Shown here in pieces: positions 26,520 to 41,091 of a DNA stretch of 64,000 nucleotides. Position 1 is the first letter of the stretch. Every line of letters starts with the position of its first letter. The notes below the pieces were generated by a model. The model saw nothing but the letters and a program-made list of their open reading frames with translations, was not told where the DNA came from and searched no databases. The stretch comes from Octopus bimaculoides (taxonomy: Eukaryota). The position numbers and the translations under genes were made by a program. The stretch lies in assembly GCF_001194135.2 (NCBI RefSeq), contig NC_068996.1:35780742-35844741 (forward strand), read 5' to 3'.

Positions 26520-28120
26520 GACCAAAACCCCCTTTTGTTGCCAAGCATTTTTGAGGTCTTCTATTTGTAACTCAATGTCACAAGAAAGTCGATCAATGTA
26601 CATCATTCTGAGTCACCTGATATGAGAATTTCCATGGCTCTAAATCCACAGATGGATCTCTGATACTAATCTATCTTTGCTTCAATAGCAGTGACCATTA
26701 TATCTTGTCCTCTGCTCTTGAATGATTGCTAATGGGTTGGGAATATTTCCATAAAGTGCTTTTTTTGTTGGATGATGTTTCCATGATTTGCTGAGAACAA
26801 TCATGCAACATACATGTGTATGCCTCATCAAGTTTGATTTCTATTGTTTTTGTTTTTTTTTGTCAGTCTATGCAGATGAACTGTAAAGAAGAACTGGTTC
26901 TGCTATGACTCTGAAGAATTTTCTTTTCATTCAGCCAGGGAATTCTTCATTGCATGGCTAACTATAGTTTGCTGTAGTAGGGTGAATGTGAAAGAGAGAA
27001 AAAGAGACCAGAATATGTGCTCTTCCAATCTACTGAAAGATTCTTCTAATTATGAAATGTAATTTAAATTATTTGGCCATCTGACAAAAATTTGGTGGAA
27101 GAACCAAGGAAGTTTGTTATATATTAACCCACTTCATATGTATTTTTGATAATCTAGTGCAGGGTTCTTTACTTCTCTGGTTAATTTAAGCTCTTGTTGT
27201 TACAACCAATTCTTCATGTGTTTTCTGGTGTTATGAAGAATATTGTAGGCATTGAGGTTCATATTATTTATTGTCTCATATTACTAACTGTGATGGATCA
27301 AGGAGTTGGTGGAGGCTCATGATCTATCTGTGTTTGTATTGTCCTTTGCACAGATCATTGATCTATGACATCCAGGAAATGTTGCACCAGAGAATCTTTT
27401 AAATCTATCTTCAAATGTTTGAGTTCTGAACCCTTTTAGAATTCATTAAATTAGTGTAGGCCTTTCAGTACCACTTTGATATAACAAAGAAATCTTGTAG
27501 AAATTTGAGGAGCTCTGCCCAACTATTGGCTCTTTCTTTGAAGATAAAGTTTGTTACTAACTCCATGGTTGTTTCAGTTCTATATCTAATGAAGATGTGA
27601 AATAACAAAGTGGATAAACAATTGAACTGTGCACTTTACATCATTGGTTCAAAATTACTGTTAATGTTTTATTTCTAGACAGAACACTATATTCTACATT
27701 GCTGCAGTTTACTTGGCTGTCAGTATGAAGAGAGACTTGAACCAGAAAAACAAACAATACTAGATAACATGAGAATGTTACCCGAAAACGATCTATCACC
27801 CATCTAGGGAATTATTTAGCATATATCAATTTCACATTTTGAAATCAGAGCCAAATACTGACTTATAAAAGACTTTTAGGTCATCAGAGATATTTATGTT
27901 TGTATATAATGGTACAGCATTGTTGTTAATATGCCAGCGAGTAGAGACATATTACAATGCGATATATGGCAATATGGCATTAATCTTCATGCTGTGTGTC
28001 TCTGTCTTGGGAAATATTTTTGTAATTTTTCCTGTTATGTCAAACCAAGCTTGTTTGCTGTTGTCTAACTTATTTAATATTAGCATGTTAACATCTGGTT
28101 CTTTTAGAGAAGGTCCTTAG
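26520..28120 (-). mobile_element. Highly degenerate RTE-clade LINE
   Basis: Minus-strand remnants ETDFFDIK, RKFFRVIAEPVLLYSS, SWKHHPTKK.LYGNIP, GHCY.SKD and YIDRL; many stops and frameshifts. Confidence 0.7.
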
Positions 28121-28923
28121 TATCTGATATACTCTTTTAATTCGTTTGGTACCAATCCAACTGAAACTACACCTGGGGATATGACACAAACTTCACATTT
28201 TAAATGAATCTAAAATAATTAAAAAAAAAAAACCTTCCATCAAAATTTTAATTTATGTTCCAGTCACTAACTTCATGACAAAGTTTAGCAAATTCCTCAT
28301 TAATTTCAAAATTAATTGAAACAAAAGCAGCATATTTTAAAAGAAATATGGTAACAGAAAGGGTAATGTTATAATTCTTTCATGTTACAATGCTTATACT
28401 TATGTCATATTAATCACACTTATGGAATTCTCTACAGTACTCAGTTGTTAATGTTGTAATATTAAAAATATTTATTTTAATTTTTGATATTTATTAACCA
28501 CCCTCCCTGTCAAAAAAAAAAAAAAAAAGAGGAGAAAAGATAGTTGAAATATATTAAGATTCCTTTCATATTTTGTGTCGCACTATCCCCACCTCCATCA
28601 CCAACAAAATACCATGCTTAGTTACAGCACCACCAGCACCAGCAGCAGCACCACCACCACCACCACCACTTCTTATGCTTCTTCATCACTACTACCTTTG
28701 TCACCACCACCACCATCATAATCATCATCTTCCATCATCACACCATCAATCATCTTTGAGTAGAGCCTGCAAAGATTTTTATCAATACTGTCACACCCAT
28801 TACTGTGTCTGGTACTTTTAAGTCTATGGTCGGTCTTGTGAGAGGAGGAGAAGGGCAAACTTGATCTTGGTGTCAAAGGATGTAAGTCAAGCGGCAGTTC
28901 AGTGCACTGGTTTTGTTTGACCA

Positions 28924-29008
<85 letters not shown>

Positions 29009-30699
29009 CACAATGATGGGTTTACACACAACCTTTATTACTTACCAAACTTCATTTAAATGTCTTCTTCAAAATGCCACACAGAACCCTGTGATTGCAA
29101 AATATTTATCAACCATGAAGCCATGCTCCCCACTCTGCAATATCAATTTGACTTTGATAGAAAAGATAAACAGACCCACTGCTTCAAATTAGTTTATAAG
29201 ATCTAATATCATATAAAATAAACGTTAATTAATTGTTTGATTCATCACAAACATCAAACAATGGCAGGGTGGTCTTTTACTTTGTCGGTATCACCTACCT
29301 GGGTGGATTATCTTGTGAAGATAAAATAAACATTTAATTAGCATAATATATAGTATCTTATTTAGAATAGAATGTTGTGTAAGCAGTAAAGCAATCACAT
29401 GGCAGGCTATAAATTTGTGATTTAAGCCCTGTTGATCTTTACTGCACCAGATTCATGTTTATAACATGTTGTTCAACATTTTTATTAATATCATTAGCTT
29501 AAAAGCCACGCACCATGCAGGCTTTTATTCTAGCTTCTGCGGAGGGCTAATTGGGTCTGCAGCCCAAAACTAAACAGAGCTAAATAGCATGACTATAATA
29601 TGTCAAAAATGACTGGTGGTACCTCTATATACCCCGGTGATATTTGATCAGAGCTTGAGGATGGATGAGAAATAATTCTGAAATGCAATCATTCTATTGT
29701 TCCAGTCTCAAGTTGAATTCCAATTGTTGGTTAATTTGTCCCAAACTTCTTATCTTGGCATAAAATTAACAAAGCAGATGTCATTTATCTCTCCTTTGAT
29801 CTCTGACATCATCTGACAAATGTCAACCAAAATGGCATGAATCAGCCATACTTTACCTGCTAGAAATAGCAACCTAAATGCTTTTAAATCAGATCCCAAT
29901 GCTGGATGTTCAAGAACCAAACAAAGGGCAGATTTTCAATACTGGGATCATCCTGATTCCAAAAAGGTATAATATGCCTATGTACAGCAAATGTTGACTG
30001 AGATACAGGGGTCCCAGACACACAGAATTTCGCTTTTATTATCATAGATGATGAAAAAATTGGATAACTGGTGGAATTGTTACCACACCAGACAAAATAC
30101 TTTGCTGTATTTTTTTACCAGCTGTATGTTCTGAGTTGGAATTTTCTCAAGGTTGACTTTGCTGTTTATCCTTTAAGGAAACAATAAAATAAATACCAAT
30201 TAAACGCTGAGGTTGATGTAATTGGCCATAATCCCCCACCCCCCAAAAAAAATTTCAGGCCTTGTGCCTATAGTAGAAAGGATTATTATTATGGGGAAAA
30301 ATTTTTCCTGATATCTGGTGTGTGTACGTATGTACATACTGTCCCCTGAGTGCCACCGAGACTCCTTAGATAGATAATGCTCTTAGTACATTGGGTGATT
30401 ATATGATGTTGAGAAGTGCTAAGACTTGATAAATTTAATAAAAAAAAAATGACAAAAAACGTGACACAAGTTTTCAATAAAAGTGCCATAAAACTAGTAC
30501 AAGTTTAACCCTTTAGCATTTAAGCTGGTCATATCCAGCCAAAAATAATCTACCAGTTTTATCTTCAGACTGACTAGATCCGGCTTCTCATACTTACCTA
30601 ATGATATTATTTTAAAATTAAACAATCACATCGTTGAAATCTCAAAGCTACAAAGTAATGCATGACTAATTTTTATTTATGTGAATAAATAACTATTAA

Positions 30700-30895
30700 G
30701 TTTGACTGAATACTTATCTGCACAGTGTCCATTAGGGTTATTTTCTGTTTCCTTCTTTGTTTTCAAGCAAGTTTTTCTTGGTATCATGTCTATGAGTTGG
30801 TCTGTTCCTATCTTTATTACTCTGAGTACCCCTATGATAACAGGTACTGTAGTGGCTTTCATCTTCCACGTTTTGGCAATCAGTTTCATTATAGA
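30700..30895 (-). mobile_element. R4/Dong-like C-terminal fragment
   Basis: LIAKTWKMKATTVPVIIGVLRVIKIGTD aligns with the C-termini of copies 1 and 2. Confidence 0.65.
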
Positions 30896-33240
30896 CAGGA
30901 TAATAATTCTTAGAGATTAGTAGGATAGATTGATTAATAGAGAAAATAAGCACTTAGTAGGAGGGTGAATGAATGTTGCTGCTTCATGAAGCCAATGACA
31001 TATCTGCTGTTAATACTTCACTTTGTAACTTAGTAGTTGTATTTTTCAGTTAGTAATTATCAATTCCATTCATCAGTTTTATAATTAATAACCCATGCCA
31101 GCATGGACAACATACGTTAAATGATGATGATGATATTATCCTAAGTTATTAGTACAATTTTGCTGTTCATAAATATTAATTAACTTATATAATTAATGTA
31201 TCGTCTTAAAACAGTTGATGAAATGGTTACATATATGTAATACCTTGCAGTGTATACTTGTGTATCACTATAGTCTGAGTTCAAATTCTGATTCAGTTTT
31301 ACTTTACCCGTTATTCAGTAAGGATCAAGAAAATATGTATTAGTCATATACTAGGATAAATTCAAATGAATATCCATCCCTCTTACTCATTCCTCACTCA
31401 CAACTGAATTTGATTTGGTAGTATGTACCATATTTTCACTAATATTCTTTGGTGCCTGTGTTGTCACTAGCAGACATAAAATGGATCAGATATGAGAGGG
31501 TCAAGAGGGTGTCTAACATCAAAAATGTGACAGCTGGAATGAGTGAGGATTTCAGCAGCATTTGGCTGGTACAAATTTTCATCTGAGTAGATTGGGACAA
31601 AGGAGACATGTGACCTGGTCTTGGAATCAAACCCAAGCTTACCCATCACATTTATATAATAATTCTTTATATTATCTGGATCCCATCCGTATTTGACCTG
31701 CCATTTTATCATGTTACCCTACAATCATTGCTACAAAAGAAACAAACTAAATTGTTGTAAAGTAAATAATCTCTCGTCTCTTTTACTGTTTCTTCATAAT
31801 CTCTCTACAGATAGTGCCGTTCTGTATTTGATTTTCTTTATTTCTTGGAATTAGAATTGCTACTTATTTTAAAAGAAGCAAAACTGTTTCATTTCTTCAT
31901 TGCAATGTTTTGCTGATTGATTTGAAAGTGATGCCAGATTTCATGTGAGCCAAAGTTCTGCCATCAAAGTCTGAAGTTCCAGTTCAAAACTTTATAATTA
32001 TTGACAAAATTAAATCTCTTTAGTTTTGGTTACAGTCTGACAGACAACTTTCAGAAGATTCTGTAAGTGGTAACACAAACAATGCACTCTCTGAGCTGTT
32101 AGTAGGTACTATGGCTAGGTAGAGTTCACTATAAATGATGGGAGCACTATGATTAATCCTTCAACATTTAAATTCGCCACATCTGGCCAAAATATTCTGC
32201 TTATTTTATGTTCAGATTGGCCACATCTGGCCCCTAACACCTACCCTACAATGTAAAAATAAGCAATCACATCATCCAAATTTTGAAGTTACAAGATAAT
32301 GCAGGATCAATTCACAACAATGTGAATATATAAACATTACATATGATAGAGTAATCTGAATGCTAAAGTGCTAATAAATATATTTCATTGGCCTAGATAT
32401 ACTACATCAATACACAATTTTATGGCTTGCACAAGCTTACTACATCATTACACAATCTGTTTCAATGGTTATGGGTCTCTAGACTATATTCATGTGGTAA
32501 TGAAATAGAAACATTGGAAAACTATTGGTAATATAAAGTGCAAGTAACTGTAATTAAAAAGTTATTTATGACTGAAAAGTAAGTCTGTTATCTTAATAAT
32601 TCTGTTTAATTCAAACATCAATCTGATGTTCTAGTCTTAAGTTGATATTAGTTTACTGTTTACGCGAAAACATGTCCAGTTACCCCTGACTTTAAAGTGC
32701 CACTGTGTCTTATCCTCCAAGAGGACAACCTTACCAATACTACCAACACATCAAGCCTGCACATAGCTGCTCCACTGATTAGGATAAGGATAAAGATCCT
32801 TTCCGAGTTACCAGTCCATCACAGAATTACTCACTTTTGCCAGCTGAGTGGACTGGAGTAACGTGAAATGAAGTGTTTTGCTCAAGAACACAACATGCCA
32901 CTTGGTTCAGGAATCGAAACCACAATCTTATGATTGAGTTCAACACCCCAACCACTAAGCCACATACTTCCACATCATCTTAGCTAGTAAACAGTGTTTT
33001 CACAGTTAATAAACAGTATCACCTTAGCCAAAAAAACTATTCTTTTACTTGTTTCAGTCACTTGACTGTGGCCATGTGGGAGCATCGCCTTTAGTTAAAG
33101 AAATCGATCCAAGGACTTATTCTTTGTAAGCCTAGTACTTATTCTATTGGTCTCTTTTTACTGGACTGCTAAGTTACGGGGACATAAACACACCAACATT
33201 GGTTATCAAGCAATGGTGGTGGGACAAACACAGACATACA

Positions 33241-33309
<69 letters not shown>

Positions 33310-34620
33310 GTATATATATATGTATGTATGTATGTATATATGATGGGCTTCTTTCAGTTTCCATCTACCAAATCCTTTCACAAAGCTTTGGTTGCCCCAA
33401 GGTTATAGCAGAAGACACTTGCACAAAGTACCACCCAGTGAGACTGAACCCTGAACCATGTGGTTGAGAAGCAAGCTTCTTACTACACAGCCATGTCTGT
33501 GCCTAGCTAGTATCGTCATAGCTAGTAAACAGTGTTTTCACAGTTAATAAACAGTATCACCTTAGCTAATAAACAATATCATCATAGCTAATAAACAGTA
33601 TTTTCATAGTTAATAAATAGTATCACCACTGATTAGAAACTGATTGAATCTCATTTAAATTGCTTCTTTAAAAAGGACACATTATACGATGTATAAAAGA
33701 GGTGGTTTTGACTAGAATACCTGTGCTCATTGGTTTGTTTGATGAGAGCTGACTGGAAACTAAACAAGAAGAAGAGAAATAAAGTGGTCTGCTAATTGAT
33801 TTTTCTTCTAAAGAATTATTCAGATAGGAAGTTTATCAAGGCATCATTTAATCATAGGCTGTCAAGCTGGAGTACCTTAGGATATGAAACTTATCAAGAC
33901 ATTAATTAATCAGGTGTACCCTGGATGATCCCTACTCACCCCCTCTCATACATACTAATCTCTTTTTATACATTAACAGCCTTTTTTTATTTTCCTTCCC
34001 CATCACTTCATCTAACATTTCTACCTCAATATATCCTCCTAGAGTTGTACAATGACTTATAAATTAAAACACTGCATGTAAGTTTAATATGCATGTGCAC
34101 ATATACACACACGCACCACAATTTCTGTCAGAATTTCTAGCCACAACTGTACAGCTGCTCAATCAACTGGAATGCTGGGTTCATTCAGTTAATGTATAAG
34201 TGACTGAATATTCGTTATAAAAAGCTGTTGTAATCATTTGTTTAATGACAAAAGTTAAGAAAATAAAGAATTAAAGTAATTTACTTACTGTTAACTTTTA
34301 AGGCAATATTTTCCCTCTGTTACTTTATTTTCTGCTAAAATAGGCCTTATTAAGCCTTAGTTGATTCAGATGTCTTTAGAAAAACAAGCATGATGTTATT
34401 GTGTCTGGTTGAGCAGTGCATGCATGTGTGTGTGTGTGTGTACCCATGCATCCATCTTCACCTTGATTTGATGCTGTAGGGGTGCTTTCATGATATTTAG
34501 TGTACCATGGGTATTCTTAAACATAGTGAAACCTCTCCCCCCCCCCCTCTCCAGATCTAACCACAGCCAATTTCTTGCAGAAGAGAAAGTTAGACAAGCA
34601 GAGAGAGAGANNNNNNNNNN

Positions 34621-34681
<61 letters not shown>

Positions 34682-35179
34682 AGAATTGGTTTCAAAGGGA
34701 TGAAAAAGTTGACCTTGGTAAGATTTGAACTTGGAGCACAGAGAAGTTGAACGATTACCAGAAAGTAATGATTCTCACTCTCTGATGTCTTTGTCAATTG
34801 CTTGTCCACACACACAAGCACACACGTTATTGAGTTTAGATAACTATGTCTTGTTTAATAGTGCATAACCAAATGTGTATGTGTGTGTGTACTTTAGTGT
34901 ATAACATATATTTGACATTTATCGAAGCATTGTTGTTCCCTTGTTGCTTGTATGAACTCTGTATCAAAGGATTTGCATCTTTTCAATTGAGTTAATGATA
35001 TCGATAAGAGCTTGAAATACTCTGTCAAATTGGAATTACCATTTCTAGCCTTTGGAACCAGCTTTGACATTTGTTGACATGTAAAAATTCTTTGATGTAA
35101 ATTTCCGGAATTTTTCTTTTTCTTTTTTATTTATTGATTTGTATGTTTTTTAAAACTTATTCTCTGGGTGTGAGAGACT

Positions 35180-35420
35180 GACTAACTCCAACATTATTTC
35201 TTTGTTTAAACATGTTAAGTATGAAACGTTCTTCTGATAGACATACTTGACAATGGAATCAGTGGCTTGTCTTCTTTTAGTATTTGTAATTGTTTCTAAA
35301 TTCTTAGATATTTCTCTGTAATTTGCACTTTAATCAAAGATTTGAATCAGGTACCACTGCCTGACATTTTAACCAGCAGGTCTCAAGAGACACATTTGTG
35401 TCCATAGAACATGATTACTG
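35180..35420 (-). mobile_element. Possible Penelope-like GIY-YIG endonuclease remnant
   Basis: Minus-strand CQVCLSEERFILN and ELVSLSHPENKF resemble the Penelope C.LCL.EK..IL / ELVS.CRH.NKF end motifs; frameshifted. Confidence 0.4.
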
Positions 35421-35667
35421 CTTTACTTCACTGAACCCTTATTTGTTGTTCACGGTGAGAGAATCCATCATATATATAATGTCATTAGACTGTGACCATG
35501 CTGGGGCACCATCTTGAAGAATTTTTACTTTAATGGGTTGACCCCAGTGCTTTTTTTTTTTTTAAAGTTTGGTACTTATTCTATCAGTAACTTTTGCTGA
35601 GCTGCTAAGTTATGTAAACAAACCAACACTGGTCATCAAGCACCAATGGGGGACAAAACACAGGCAT

Positions 35668-35726
<59 letters not shown>

Positions 35727-38089
35727 NNNNNNNNNNNNNNNNNNNNNNNNNNNNNNNNNNNNNNNNNNNNNNNNNNNNNNNNNNNNNNNNNNNNNNNNNN
35801 NNNNNNNNNNNNNNNNNNNNNNNNNNNNNNNNNNNNNNNNNNNNNNNNNNNNNNNNNNNNNNNNNCATAATATATATATATGTTCTCATAACTTGTCTAA
35901 AGATCCTGTACTCCTACAGGTGGAACTGTAGCAAGGGACTGACTTGACCAAAATAAAAATATATTATTGATATAATATATTTTTATAAGTATTATAAGTA
36001 TTTTTTCTGACAGCACTCAATGGATATATATATATATATATATATATCAAATCTTTCCGGTAAAAATAAAGAAAATTTGGATGCACAATTAGAAATTTTA
36101 AACATGAGACTTTGGTATTATCAGCTTTAAAATATTATGAGTGGCTGTGTTTTAAGAAGCTTGCTTTCTAACCATGTGGTTCCAGGTTCAGTCTCACTGT
36201 GTGGCACTCTGGGCAAGTGTCATCTACTCTAGCCTTGGGCCAACCAAAACCTTGTGAGTGGATTTGGTAGAGAAACTGAAAGAAGCCTGTTGTATATATG
36301 TATTTGTGTGTCTGTGTTTGTCCCCACTCCCTTGACAACTGATGTTGGTGTGGCTATGCCCCTGTAACCTTAGCAGTTCAGTGGAAGAGATCGATAGAAT
36401 AAGTACCAGGCTTATGAAGAATAAGTCCAAGGGTTGATTTTGACTAAAAGGCAGTGCTCCAGCATGGACCCAGTCAAATGACTGAAATAAAAAATAAAGC
36501 TAACGAAAAAATAGAAGCAACATTGTGAGTAAAGTGTTAAGATAGTCCAGTGAATGAGACATTGCACTACCTGCTTCAAGGGTTCAAACCTACTACAGGA
36601 ATTTTGCCATTTCTGAACGTGGTTATTTTATCTTGTGATGAGTGTGGCTGAGTGGTAAGAGGTTTACTTCCCAACCATTTGGTTTCAGATTAAGTCCCAT
36701 TGTAGCTTCCATTATAGCACTGGGTCAACCAAAGTCCAGGAATTGAAACCGCAGGGAAACTGAAAGAATCCCATTGTATGTGCATGTTTTGCTGTCTCCC
36801 TACTTTGACATCATGTGATAGTTGTAAGCAGGTGTCACTGGCATGCAAGAGGTTTCCTTAATTTCAAGTCTTCCAAGCAATGGGTTGTCATGGAGAAATA
36901 TCACCTTACTTGGAAACAGGTGAGAGTTGGGAACAGGGAGGGCATGCAGGCTGTACAAAATTCACTTTAACAAATTTCGTCTGACCCATGTAAGCATGGA
37001 AAAGTAGATGTTAAGTGATAATGGTTATGTGCCAGTAAAACTCCAGTCACTTTCTCATGATAGTGAACCCCCCCCCCCACTATTTCTAGGTAATTTTTCT
37101 AAAATCTTAATGTTTGGCTTCAAATCAATTTTAAATGAGATCTTTCCAAATCAATAAAACTGTTGTTTAATCTTAGGTCATTCCACTTTAACCCTTTAAA
37201 CTAGTGGAGGTGTGTGGTTTAGTGGTTAGGGTGTTGGACTCACAACTATAAGATTGTGGTTTCAATTCCTGGACTGGATGATGTATTGTGTTCTTGAGCA
37301 AAAACACTACAGAGGAATGGGCTCTGCCAGGCTTTCTCACCCTAGATACACTGCATGGCTGTATTGCCCCAATGACCTCCAAGAGGTTAAGAGACTTGTC
37401 AATATCCAATCAAAATATTCTACTTCTTTTATGTTCAAACTGGCTAAATCTGGCCTCTTACACCAACCTTACAATATCATTGTAAAACATTAACAGTTAC
37501 CTTCTCAAAGTATTACTTTTGACAGAATAATGTGAATGCTAGTGTTAAGCAGATCAATGATTACAGAGGTGTTTCAGCTTTTACCCGTCCCCCTCCTCTT
37601 TTCTTTTGCAACATCTAGGACTCTGTTATCCAGTGTGTTAATTCTATTTTTTTCATTTTAAGTTAGTGAGAGTGTAATTTGGGGGGAAATTTCACAAACA
37701 TTTCTAGCATTTTCAGTGACTTCATAGACGTTTTCTTGTTGGCTCCTTCATTGATGGAATGTGTACTTTTGATGAAAGCTGCAGAGTTATTGCCCTTGAT
37801 ATTGTTGAAGCTCCTAACAAAACACACACACACACTCATAATTTTAATAATATTTTAAAGTGGTAGATTGTTCCATTTAATATATATATGTATATATAAT
37901 AGATTATTTATCACTTGAGGGGCCAATTAGATGTTAGTATCATCAGTGAATCTGAATGGATGAACCAAGATTTATTTCTGAGAACCTACTGGGGCAAAAA
38001 ATTTCAAAGATTATTATTACCATTATTACTTTTGATTATCATTATTATTTCCTTTTAATTTTGTGACTTTATGTTTTCCCCGTTTTTAG

Positions 38090-38266
38090 AAAATTTATTG
38101 AAAGTGTCTGGCACAGATGGCATGGATCGAGAAAATTGTGACATGAAAGGCAAACCGATGACACCGCAACTGAAAAGAAAACATGATAACAGCCACATCA
38201 TTAGCCCTATACATCACCCCAGTATATATTCATGTTCATCATCATCATCATCATTGCCTCATCCAG
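38090..38266 (+). CDS. SPAST: Probable spastin linker exon (position of human exon 4), 177 nt, phase 1-1
   Basis: Acceptor ttttccccgtttttag, donor CCAG|gtagag. Open in the phase left by the previous exon: (E)NLLKVSGTDGMDRENCDMKGKPMTPQLKRKHDNSHIISPIHHPSIYSCSSSSSSLPHP. Little recognisable homology, and an alternative donor at 38222 (gtatat) is possible. Confidence 0.65.
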
Positions 38267-38664
38267 GTAGAGCAACAGCCATTCTTCATCCCTCAACTCA
38301 TATATCGCTTCCTCACGTTATTATTATTATTATTTTTATTATTATTATTATTATGCCATGTTGTTAGACACAGAATCATATATGCATGTTATTGACAAGT
38401 TTGACATTCACTTTTGATGGAACCATAAATGTTTTATGGTGTTGGTGGTGGTAAATAAATATCTCGGATCAGGATTGTTCCAATGTCTCAAAGGATCTTT
38501 TATTGGCTATTGATCTTTCATTTATTACTACAGAAAGGCTATGGGAGTCAGACTCGTTTTTTTTTTTTATCCAGCTATTTTATAATATGAGAGTAAAGTT
38601 GAGGGGAAAAAAAAAATTGACATAGACACAAGGACACAAGTTCTGGGGGAAGTGGGTTTGTCAA

Positions 38665-38783
38665 TTAACCTTTAGCATGCTATAGATGCATCATGTTGCC
38701 GTACTGATTTTCTCCCTTCGCAATGTAACACAATGTGTCTACAGCTACAACACCCTGTTGCGCCCTAAGCATGCTAAGGTTAA
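38665..38783. mobile_element. Mini piggyBac-type MITE nested in a SINE
   Basis: TTAACCTTTAGCATGCT...AGCATGCTAAGGTTAA. Removing it restores the SINE motif gtcaattaaattgatcccagt. Confidence 0.75.
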
Positions 38784-39592
38784 ATTGATCCCAGTAGGTA
38801 ACAAGTATTTTATTTTATCGACCTTGGAAGGTATAAATGTCAAAGTCAATTTTGGCAGTGTTTAAAGTTAAAACATAAGTTCTGCTTCAATTGCATATGC
38901 TGGATATTTAATCAACCAGGCAGCTATTTGCAACATCAGTGAATGTTTTACTCTCTTTTTCCTATATCAGAAATAATGAATTCTCATTTAATTATGTGGT
39001 TGGCTGCAAGTATGCACCATTGAAAAGGTCCAAAATGGTTGAAATGTCTAGTATTCCTATTGGCCTCTGCTGAGATGTATTTTTTGTCACTCCGCATGAT
39101 ATTTATTCTGTTTTTAATGCTGCAAGTCCATAACAGATCTCAAGATAAAAACTGCAGTAACTATTGAGTATGTGTGTACATTAAGTATGATAAATAGATG
39201 GATATTTTAATTAAATACTACATCAATGACCAATACCATATATAATGGTGTAAGCTAATGCTACATGATATTTTGATCAATGCTCTAATAATTCTGCCAA
39301 TCAATAATAATAATAACAATAATGATAATTTTGTGCTTTAGCACCAGACCAGAAATTTGTGTGTGTGTGTGTGTTGGGGTGGATGGATAGACAATTACAT
39401 TGATTCTCATACTTTATTTTATTGACCTCAGAAGGAGAATGAAAGGTAAAGTTAATCTTTGTAGGATTTGAACTAAGAATGTAAAGAGTTGGAATGTGTG
39501 CTACACTCATTCTGTCCAATATTCTAATGCTTCTATTGATCCCCAACTCACTCCGCTGATGTTGTTGTTGTTCTTATTATTATCATTATTAT

Positions 39593-39974
39593 AAAGGGGT
39601 GAGCTGGCAGAATTGTTAGCACACTGGGTGAAATGCTTAGTGGCATTTCATCCATCATTATGTTCCAAGTTCAAATTCTGCCAACATTAACTTTGGCTGT
39701 CATCCTTAGATGAAATTGATGTAATTGTCTGTTTCCCTCCCACAAATTTCTGGTCTGGTGTCAATGTGCAAAATTATTATTATTATTGATTCACAGAATT
39801 ATTAGAGCATTGGTCAAAATATTTTGTAGCATTAGCTTACAGCACTATATATGGTATAGGCCATGGAGGCAGTATTTAAGGTTTGATAAAATAAGTACCA
39901 GTTGAGCACTAAGGTCAATGCAGTCAACTTACTCTCATGCCTGAATTTGCTGGCCTTGTGCCAAAATTTGAAAC

Positions 39975-40020
<46 letters not shown>

Positions 40021-41091
40021 GGCAGAATTGTTAGTACACTTGGCGAAATGCTTAGCAGTTGCCATGTTCTGAGTTCAAATTCCGCCGAGGTTGACTTTAC
40101 CTTTCATCCTTTCGGGTTTGATAAAATAAGTATCAGTTAAACACTGGGGTCAATGTAATTGACTCATTCCCTCCCCAAAAATTGCTGCCCTTGTGGCAAA
40201 ATTTGAAACCATTATTATTATTATTATTATTATTATCATCATCAGGAGCAAGGGAAGTAGATTGGCAGAATTGTTAAAGTGTTGGACAAAATGCTTTACA
40301 ACATAAAGTTGCATTGCACAATCTTCTGAGTTCAAATCCAGTTTTCATTTTCAACCTTTTGGAGTTGAAAAAATAAAAATAAAGTGCCAATCAAATACTG
40401 AAGTTGATCAACTAACCCCTCCCCTCAAAATTGATGGACTTGTGCCTAAATCAGAAGCAATTATTATTATTATTATCATTAATTTAGAGCTGGCAGAATT
40501 GTTAGCAATACCAAACAAAATGCTCAGTGGCATTTCTTCTGGGTTTATGTTCCAAGTTCAAATTCTAAGGTCGACCTTATCTTTCATCCTTTTGGAGTCA
40601 ATAAAATAGGTACCAGTTCAGCTCTGGGGATGATATAATTGACTAGTCCCCTTCCTACAAAACTTCTGGGCCTTGTACCTATAGTATAAATTATTTTTGT
40701 TATCATTATTTAAGGTGGTGAGCTGGCAATATTGTTAGCACACCAGGCAAAATGATTAGCAGTATTTCGACCATTGCTACATTCTGAGTATAAATTCTGC
40801 CAAGGTCGACTTTGCCTTTCATCCTTTCAGGGTTGATAAATTAAGTACCAGTGAAACACTGGGGTCAATGTAATTGACTAGTCCCCCTCCCCCAAAATTT
40901 CAGGCTTTGTGCCTTTAGTAGAAAGCATTATTATTATGTTTTGTCCATGTTTATGTTCTGAGTTCAAATTCTGCAGAGGTTGACTTTGCCTTTCATCCTC
41001 TCGGGGTCGATAAAATTAAGTACCAGTTGAGTAATGGGGTAAATATAATCAACTAGTCCCCTCCCCCAAAATTGTGACTTTAGTGGAAAGG

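Noticed and set aside
31467-31712. 81-aa non-low-complexity minus-strand ORF
   Set aside because: No recognisable homology or splice context; possibly a decayed LINE on the other strand.
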